In this document: positions 58,752 through 64,000 of the stretch, in pieces
Layout of the letters: every line of letters begins with the position of its first letter
How positions within the stretch are numbered: position 1 is the stretch's first letter
Assembly: GCA_047971485.1 (NCBI GenBank)
Contig: JBKDZR010000043.1
Location: forward strand, 163-64,162
Length of the DNA: 64,000 nucleotides
Direction: 5' to 3'
DNA from: Qingshengfaniella sp.
Lineage (GTDB): Bacteria > Pseudomonadota > Alphaproteobacteria > Rhodobacterales > Rhodobacteraceae
Translations under genes and position numbers: made by a program
Notes under the pieces: generated by a model
The model's input: only the letters and a program-made list of their open reading frames with translations
Database searches by the model: none
What the model was told of the DNA's origin: nothing

Positions 58752-59066
58752 GGGTGCGCTCAGGGCCTTGGTTGGGTCGTTGCAACCGGCTTATCCGATC
58801 CTGCCGGCGCAGGAAAGCGGTAGAGGGGCTGGATCTTTCGGGACCCAGGACCTAGAGGATATCGCGTCCATTCGCCGACACACGAGGCATTCAGACCTTT
58901 TAAGACCGCATGGTCGGGCACAAAACCGGCTCTCCTTTTGCGCGGGCAGGCGGGCCGCCTCTTGTCCGGACACGGCCCCCGGTTTTCGGAAAAACCCCGC
59001 AAGGGGGGGCAGGGCCCATCTGCGTACAGGGACGATGAAAACGCTGACGATAGGGAGTGCGGCGAC

Positions 59067-59486
59067 ATGGCAACCGAAGCCTTTGAAGACATAGCCGAAA
59101 CCTTTGATTTTCTCGATGATTGGGAAGACCGTTATCGGCACGTGATCGAACTGGGCAAGGCGATGCCGCCCCTGGAGGATGCCTTTCGCGTCCCGGCGAC
59201 CAAGGTCGATGGCTGTGCCAGTCAGGTGTGGATCCGGCCGGTGATTGACGGGGCGGGGCCGCAGGCGCGGTTCGATTTTCAGGGTGACAGCGATGCGATG
59301 ATCGTGCGTGGACTGATCGCCGTTTTGCACGCGCTCTATTCCGGTCTGTCGCTGGCCGAAGTGGCACAGGTGGATGCCCAGGCGGAACTGGCCCGTCTGG
59401 GATTGCATGATCACCTGTCGGCGCAGCGCTCGAACGGGGTGCGGGCGATGGTCGAGCGGATCCATACGGTGGCCGCCGCCGGCTGA
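59067..59486 (+). CDS. sufE: cysteine desulfuration (sulfur acceptor) protein SufE
   Basis: FDFLDDWEDRYRHVIELGK...KVDGCASQVWI...DSDAMIVRGLIAVL. Confidence 0.9.
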   Translation: MATEAFEDIAETFDFLDDWEDRYRHVIELGKAMPPLEDAFRVPATKVDGCASQVWIRPVIDGAGPQARFDFQGDSDAMIVRGLIAVLHALYSGLSLAEVAQVDAQAELARLGLHDHLSAQRSNGVRAMVERIHTVAAAG

Positions 59487-59544
59487 TCGCCTGATGCGCG
59501 GGATTGGGGTATGCGGTGTCACGAGACAGGGCTAAAGCGTGTCG

Positions 59545-59639
59545 CGTTCAGTCGTATTCACACGACATGCTTCATGTCTTTGACACCGCCTGTGCAAGGG
59601 GCACAAAACCAGTGCCCAGTTTTGTGAACTATGCTCTAA
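59545..59639. repeat. copy B of the 95-nt non-coding element (first copy at 5643-5737)
   Basis: Same orientation as copy A, 70/95 identical without gaps. Contains the internal hairpins GGGCAC-aaaacca-GTGCCC and CACAAAAC...GTTTTGTG. Lies in the AT-rich convergent gap between sufE and the homocysteine methyltransferase gene. Confidence 0.7.
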
Positions 59640-59743
59640 CCCATTGATTGGGAAGGTGTGAGGTCGTCAAATCGGGGCCTGCTTTATGTTGATTGCACGC
59701 ATTTCTTAACCGCAAAAGTCTACCGCCTTTTTCTCGAAATGCT

Positions 59744-60736
59744 TCAGCGGTGGGGCTTGGCGGATTTGCCCGGATCGCCGTCGCTTGCCGAGGAAAACGC
59801 CCCCAGTTTGCGGGCGATATCATCCAGCGCGGGCCTTTTCCCAACCGCCCGCGTTTCCAGTGCGGCCCGCATGGCGCGCAGATGATTGGTGGTGGCCCCA
59901 CAGCAGCCGCCAATGATCCGCGCCCCGCAGGCCCGTGCCAGCACAGCATAATCGGCCATCAGATCGGGGGTGCCGTCATAGTGGATGTGGCCATCCAGAT
60001 ATTTCGGAACCCCGGCATTGCCCTTGGCGATGATCGGCCGATCCGGCGCCTGGGCGGTCAGGCCCAGGATCGTGCGCAACAGATCCGAGGCCCCGACACC
60101 GCAATTTGCCCCGAAGGCCAGGGGCTGATTCGACAGCCGGGCGACCAGCGCGACCAGATCGCCCGGCGTCAGGCCCATCATTGTGCGGCCAGCGGTATCG
60201 AAGCTCATCGTCAGGGCCCAGGGCATGTCGGTTCTGGCGGCGGCCTCGGCGGCAGCCAGAACCTCTTCGCGGGCGGACAGGGTTTCCACCCACAGGATAT
60301 CGGCGCCGCCGGCTTTCAAACCCTCGGCCTGTTCGTGAAAGATCTCGACGGCCTCGGCATGGGGCAGCGTGCCCATGGGCGCCATGATCTCGCCGGTTGG
60401 GCCCATGGATCCGGCGACGATGATCGGGCGTCCGGCGCTGTCGGCCACCTCGCGGCCCAGTTCGGCTGCGATGCGTGACAGGGAACCGGCGCGCCCGGAC
60501 GCGCCGATCAGCCGCAGACGGGCGGCGTTGCTGCCGAAGCTGTTGGTCAGGAACAGATCGCTGCCGGCCTCGACCGCGCCCCGGTGGAGGGCACGGATCT
60601 TGTCGGGGGCGCTGTCGTTCCACAGTTCCGGGGGATCGCCCGAGGCCAGCCCCATGTTGAACAGGGTCGTGCCCGTGGCCCCATCGGCCAGGATCCAGTC
60701 GCGATCGGACAGCATGGTGGAAAGGGCATCGGTCAT
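59744..60736 (-). CDS. homocysteine S-methyltransferase-family protein (BHMT/MetH-N-like)
   Basis: ILADGATGTTLF, FLTNSFGSN, GANCGVG and the Zn-binding IIGGCCGAT. 330 aa. Confidence 0.9.
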   Translation of the reverse strand: MTDALSTMLSDRDWILADGATGTTLFNMGLASGDPPELWNDSAPDKIRALHRGAVEAGSDLFLTNSFGSNAARLRLIGASGRAGSLSRIAAELGREVADSAGRPIIVAGSMGPTGEIMAPMGTLPHAEAVEIFHEQAEGLKAGGADILWVETLSAREEVLAAAEAAARTDMPWALTMSFDTAGRTMMGLTPGDLVALVARLSNQPLAFGANCGVGASDLLRTILGLTAQAPDRPIIAKGNAGVPKYLDGHIHYDGTPDLMADYAVLARACGARIIGGCCGATTNHLRAMRAALETRAVGKRPALDDIARKLGAFSSASDGDPGKSAKPHR

Positions 60737-60772
60737 AAGCGGCTCTGTCCCCGGGGGCGATCGCGCCGGATG

Positions 60773-61087
60773 TCAGGATTCCTTGAGGATCTGACTGCGC
60801 GCCTCGGTCAGAAGCTCGGTCATCTTGGCGCGGATCGTGGCCTTGTCGGCCGCATTGCTCAGATCCCCTGCCACTTTGCGCAGGACATCGTCGTCGCCGG
60901 CTTCCTCGAAATCCGATTTGATGACCTCGCGGGCATAGCTGTTGGCATCCTCGCCGGTCTTGCCCAGCAATTCGGCCGCCCACAGCCCAAGCAGCTTGTT
61001 GCGCCGTGCCATGACCCGGAACTGCATTTCCTCATCATGGGCGAACTTGTTCTCAAAGGCGGTTTCGCGGTCGTCGAATGTCGTCAT
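60773..61087 (-). CDS. DUF1476 protein: F1-ATPase inhibitor zeta subunit homologue
   Basis: 104 aa. MTTFDDRETAFENKFAHDEEMQFRVMARRNKLLGLWAAELLGKTGEDA... aligns closely, from memory, with the Paracoccus denitrificans zeta subunit. Confidence 0.85.
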   Translation of the reverse strand: MTTFDDRETAFENKFAHDEEMQFRVMARRNKLLGLWAAELLGKTGEDANSYAREVIKSDFEEAGDDDVLRKVAGDLSNAADKATIRAKMTELLTEARSQILKES

Positions 61088-61251
61088 TGCCAGATCTCCA
61101 GTGGCGAGGTTTCAGCAAAGGTTATGGGGATTGGAACGGGCAGCGGCAAGACCCGAGCAGTGCGCCGCTTGCGGCAGATCGGTCATTAGCCTATATCGCG
61201 CCTGATCAAGGGTGCGCAGTGACCGCGCCCCTCTAGGCATTTGGAGATCCC

Positions 61252-62013
61252 ATGGCACGGCGCAAGAAGGTTTACGAGGGCAAGGCCAAGATTCTCTATG
61301 AAGGGCCGGAACCGGGCACTTTGGTTCAGTATTTCAAGGATGATGCGACCGCCTTCAACGCGCAGAAGCATGATGTGATCGATGGCAAGGGCGTGCTGAA
61401 CAACCGCCTGTCCGAGTTCTTCATGGAAGGGCTGGAGAATGTCGGCATCCCGACACATTTCATCCGCCGCCTGAACATGCGCGAGCAATTGATCCGGTCG
61501 GTCGAGATCATTCCGCTGGAGGTGATCGTACGAAACACCGCCGCCGGATCTCTGTCCAAGCGGTTGGGCATTGCCGAGGGTACGCCGCTGCCGCGCCCGA
61601 TCATCGAGTTCTGCTACAAGGATGACAAGCTGGGCGATCCGCTTGTCACCGAGGAACATATCATCGCTTTCGGCTGGGCCACGCAGCAGGATCTCGATGA
61701 CATGATCGCGCTGTCGCTGCGGGTGAACGATTTCCTGTCCGGGGTTTTTCTGGCTGTGGGGATCCGTCTGGTCGACTTCAAGATCGAGATCGGCCGCATC
61801 TGGGATGGCGAGTTCCAGCGCCTGGTGATCGCCGATGAGATCAGCCCCGACAGCTGCCGTCTGTGGGATGTGAAAAGCGGCAGCAAGCTGGACAAGGATG
61901 TGTTCCGCCAGGATCTGGGCAGTCTCGTCGATGCTTATACCGAGGTCGCGCGGCGCCTGGGGGTGTTGCCGAAAAACTCGGCCCAGGTCGTCAAACCGAC
62001 GCTGATCAACTGA
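61252..62013 (+). CDS. purC: phosphoribosylaminoimidazole-succinocarboxamide synthase
   Basis: [11 protein letters not shown]...[13 protein letters not shown]...LVDFKIEFG-type motifs. 253 aa. Confidence 0.97.
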   Translation: MARRKKVYEGKAKILYEGPEPGTLVQYFKDDATAFNAQKHDVIDGKGVLNNRLSEFFMEGLENVGIPTHFIRRLNMREQLIRSVEIIPLEVIVRNTAAGSLSKRLGIAEGTPLPRPIIEFCYKDDKLGDPLVTEEHIIAFGWATQQDLDDMIALSLRVNDFLSGVFLAVGIRLVDFKIEIGRIWDGEFQRLVIADEISPDSCRLWDVKSGSKLDKDVFRQDLGSLVDAYTEVARRLGVLPKNSAQVVKPTLIN

Positions 62014-62023
62014 GGATACGGGC

Positions 62024-62263
62024 ATGAAGGCAACGGTTTATGTGATGCTCAAGGACGGGGTTCTCGATCCTCAGGGTGAAGCGGTGCGCCACGCACTGGG
62101 TGTGCTGGGGTTCGATGGGGTTGGCGGTGTCCGTCAGGGCAAGGTGATCGAGATCGAGCTGGCCGATCAGGATCAGGCTGCCGCCCGGGCCCGGGTCTCG
62201 GAAATGTGTGAAAAGCTGTTGGCCAACACGGTGATCGAAAGCTACCGGGTGGAGATCGCCTGA
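62024..62263 (+). CDS. purS: phosphoribosylformylglycinamidine synthase subunit PurS
   Basis: 79 aa. [24 protein letters not shown]. Lies between purC and purQ. Confidence 0.93.
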   Translation: MKATVYVMLKDGVLDPQGEAVRHALGVLGFDGVGGVRQGKVIEIELADQDQAAARARVSEMCEKLLANTVIESYRVEIA

Positions 62264-62934
62264 TGCGCGCTGCCGTCATCGTGTTCCCCGGATCGAATTG
62301 CGACCGGGATATGGCTGTCGCCTTCCGTCAGGCCGGTGGGGTGGATCCGGTGATGGTCTGGCACAAAGAAACCAGCCTGCCCGACGGGATCGACATCGTG
62401 GGCCTGCCGGGCGGGTTTTCCTATGGCGATTACCTGCGCTGCGGGGCGATCGCCGCCCGCTCGCCCATCTGCCGGGCAGTGGTGGAGTTCGCCGGGCGGG
62501 GCGGGCCGGTACTGGGGATTTGCAACGGCTTTCAGGTGCTGACCGAAACCGGCCTGCTGCCCGGGGCGCTGATGCGCAATGCGGGGCTGAAATTCGTTTG
62601 CCGGCCGGTGGGGCTGCGGGTTGGAACAACCGACAGCCTGTTTACCTCGGGCTATGGGGCCGGGGCCGAGATTACGGTTCCGGTGGCGCATCACGACGGC
62701 AATTATACCGCCGATGGCGCCACCCTGGACCGGCTGGAGGCAGAGGATCGGGTTGCCTTCCGCTATCTCGACAATCCTAACGGATCGGCGCGGGATATCG
62801 CGGGGATCTTGTCTGACAATCGCCGGGTGTTGGGCATGATGCCCCATCCCGAACGCGCGGTTGATGTCCGGCATGGCGGGGGTGACGGAACGGCCCTGTT
62901 CGCGGCGCTAGCCGGGGCGCTGACGGCGGCCTGA
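62263..62934 (+). CDS. purQ: phosphoribosylformylglycinamidine synthase subunit PurQ (glutaminase)
   Basis: [12 protein letters not shown], catalytic GICNGFQ, MMPHPER. The ATG overlaps the purS TGA. Confidence 0.96.
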   Translation: MRAAVIVFPGSNCDRDMAVAFRQAGGVDPVMVWHKETSLPDGIDIVGLPGGFSYGDYLRCGAIAARSPICRAVVEFAGRGGPVLGICNGFQVLTETGLLPGALMRNAGLKFVCRPVGLRVGTTDSLFTSGYGAGAEITVPVAHHDGNYTADGATLDRLEAEDRVAFRYLDNPNGSARDIAGILSDNRRVLGMMPHPERAVDVRHGGGDGTALFAALAGALTAA

Positions 62935-63001
62935 CGCCGACGCGGGGGCGTGGTGCCAAAGGCTGGTGGTTCGTGTCCGGCAGGACGGGTAGTCTGACGC
63001 C

Positions 63002-64000
63002 ATGAAACGCTTTCTCAGATCGGCCTTTCGGGTTTCGACGGACCAGCATTGGCGGCTGCGGTTGTCCCTGGTCGCGCTGAGCCTTGGCGCGCTGGCCGTT
63101 CTGTGGATCACCAATGCCGTTCTGAGCGAACGCTATTCGACGGCAAACCGGGCCCAGTCCGAGCTGCGCCTGGCGCTGTTTTCCGGCGGCCTGATGAGCG
63201 AGCTGCGCCGGAATTCGATCGTGCCACAGCTTTTGTCGCGCGATCCAATCCTGATCAGTGCCTTGGCCGCTTCGGACTTTTCGCAGAGCAGCCAACGCCT
63301 TATCGAATATCGCGATGAAATCACCGTGGCCCAGCTGATGCTGCTGGACGCATCGGGCCGGTCGGTGGCATCCAGTGACCGGGCGCTGCTGGGCGGCAAT
63401 CACCGCACGGCGACCTATATGGTCGAGGCCCTGCGCTCCAACGCCACGGTCTTTTCCACTGTGGTCAACGAGGCCGGGCTGGCGCGGTTCTACTATTCGC
63501 GCAAGATCGAACAGGCGGGCACGTTGCTGGGGGTGATCGTGATCGAGGTTGACCTGCGCCGATTCGAGCGCAGCTGGGCCGGGATCACCGATGCGGTGAT
63601 GGTGACAGACAGCACCAACCGGGTGTTGTTGACCACCGAACAGGGGTGGCGTGGCCGGACCGAGGAACAGATTTTCGCGCCCCGGCCCCCCGAAACCCTG
63701 GTCGAACGGATCCGGGACATGATCGCCACGTTGCGCAGTGCCGGCGATGTGACGTTGCAGGGCGAAGCGCTGATGCGCACCGAGGCGCGGATCCCGTTTC
63801 AGGGGTGGCGCATTGTCGGACTGTCCAGTTTTGCCTCGGTGCGGGGCAATGTGAATGCGGTGCTGGCGGTGGAACTGATGGTTTTTGCCATCGCGGCGGC
63901 GGGGCTGTTTTACCTGTCCACGCTGGCTGCGGATCGGCGGTCGGCCGTGCTCAAGCGGGAATCGGCCCAGTTGAAACGGCTCAACACCCTGTTGCAGCGT
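63002..64000 (+). CDS. sensor histidine kinase, DctB-like periplasmic sensor region (C-terminus beyond window)
   Basis: Own translation from ATG 63002 is open to the window end: MKRFLRSAFRVSTDQHWRLRLSLVALSLGALAVLWI...LMSELRRNSIVPQLLSRDPILISAL...FYYSRKI...GVIVIEVDL.... It has two TM segments flanking a Cache-like domain. Confidence 0.7.
   Translation, partial: MKRFLRSAFRVSTDQHWRLRLSLVALSLGALAVLWITNAVLSERYSTANRAQSELRLALFSGGLMSELRRNSIVPQLLSRDPILISALAASDFSQSSQRLIEYRDEITVAQLMLLDASGRSVASSDRALLGGNHRTATYMVEALRSNATVFSTVVNEAGLARFYYSRKIEQAGTLLGVIVIEVDLRRFERSWAGITDAVMVTDSTNRVLLTTEQGWRGRTEEQIFAPRPPETLVERIRDMIATLRSAGDVTLQGEALMRTEARIPFQGWRIVGLSSFASVRGNVNAVLAVELMVFAIAAAGLFYLSTLAADRRSAVLKRESAQLKRLNTLLQR

Noticed and set aside
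5643-59639. The two same-orientation copies of the 95-nt element as boundaries (att-like direct repeats) of a 54-kb mobile element.
   Set aside because: The interval is dominated by essential core genes (gyrA, ilvI/H, clpPX, accBC, purMN, tRNAs). It contains no integrase, transposase, conjugation or phage genes, and the copies are only about 74% identical.
61190-61251. Possible ZTP (pfl) riboswitch upstream of purC, because of AAGGGTGCGCAGTGACCGCGCC.
   Set aside because: There is only a loose resemblance to the GGGUCGUGACUGGCG core. No downstream CCGCCUGGGC pseudoknot partner fits in the 30 nt before the start codon.
61088-61251. SAM-II or other methionine riboswitch upstream of the zeta-subunit/homocysteine methyltransferase pair.
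   Set aside because: No recognisable conserved SAM-II core (AAAGCUGC / UUUGGCUU-type strings) was seen on the minus strand.
1-64000. CRISPR arrays, IS elements, toxin-antitoxin pairs, restriction-modification or other defence islands.
   Set aside because: Reading both strands, I found no spaced direct-repeat arrays, no terminal inverted repeats bracketing a transposase-like ORF, and no ORF with nuclease, methylase or ATPase defence signatures.

Overview
GC-rich chromosomal segment of an alphaproteobacterium. Gene content and synteny point to Rhodobacterales: an F1-ATPase zeta-inhibitor (DUF1476), GapR/DUF2312, an NDUFA12-MlaD-DUF2155 block, and VPLPA-CTERM-type sorting tails. Most of the window is housekeeping: xerD (partial), aroK-aroB, ssb, ilvI/ilvH, gyrA, a co-directional glycogen cluster (glgP-glgB-glgC-glgA-glgX-malQ-pgm plus a disrupted GH13-like gene), clpP-clpX, accB-accC, purM-purN, rnd, sufE, purC-purS-purQ, and two tRNAs. 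I saw no CRISPR array, transposase, integrase, phage gene or recognisable defence gene. The points worth a second look are:
- A tightly packed 5-gene sensory module (47.3-53.1 kb): XRE-HTH regulator, stand-alone CheY-like receiver, 98-aa membrane protein, SLC5-transporter-domain histidine kinase, and an orphan FliM/FliN (SpoA)-type protein.
- Three secreted proteins with VPLPA/PEP-CTERM-like C-terminal tails, one of them an alkaline phosphatase behind a Pho-box-like repeat, in an AT-rich patch next to tRNA-Leu.
- Two multiply disrupted genes: a BCCT transporter remnant wedged between ilvI and ilvH, and a divergent GH13 enzyme at the end of the glycogen cluster.
- A 95-nt non-coding element present twice (70/95 identical, gapless) in AT-rich convergent intergenic gaps.
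- A leader-peptide attenuator upstream of ilvI.
Many long ORFs in the supplied track are GC-driven shadow frames and were not called. Internal start codons were chosen by codon arithmetic from the track and are less certain than the stops.
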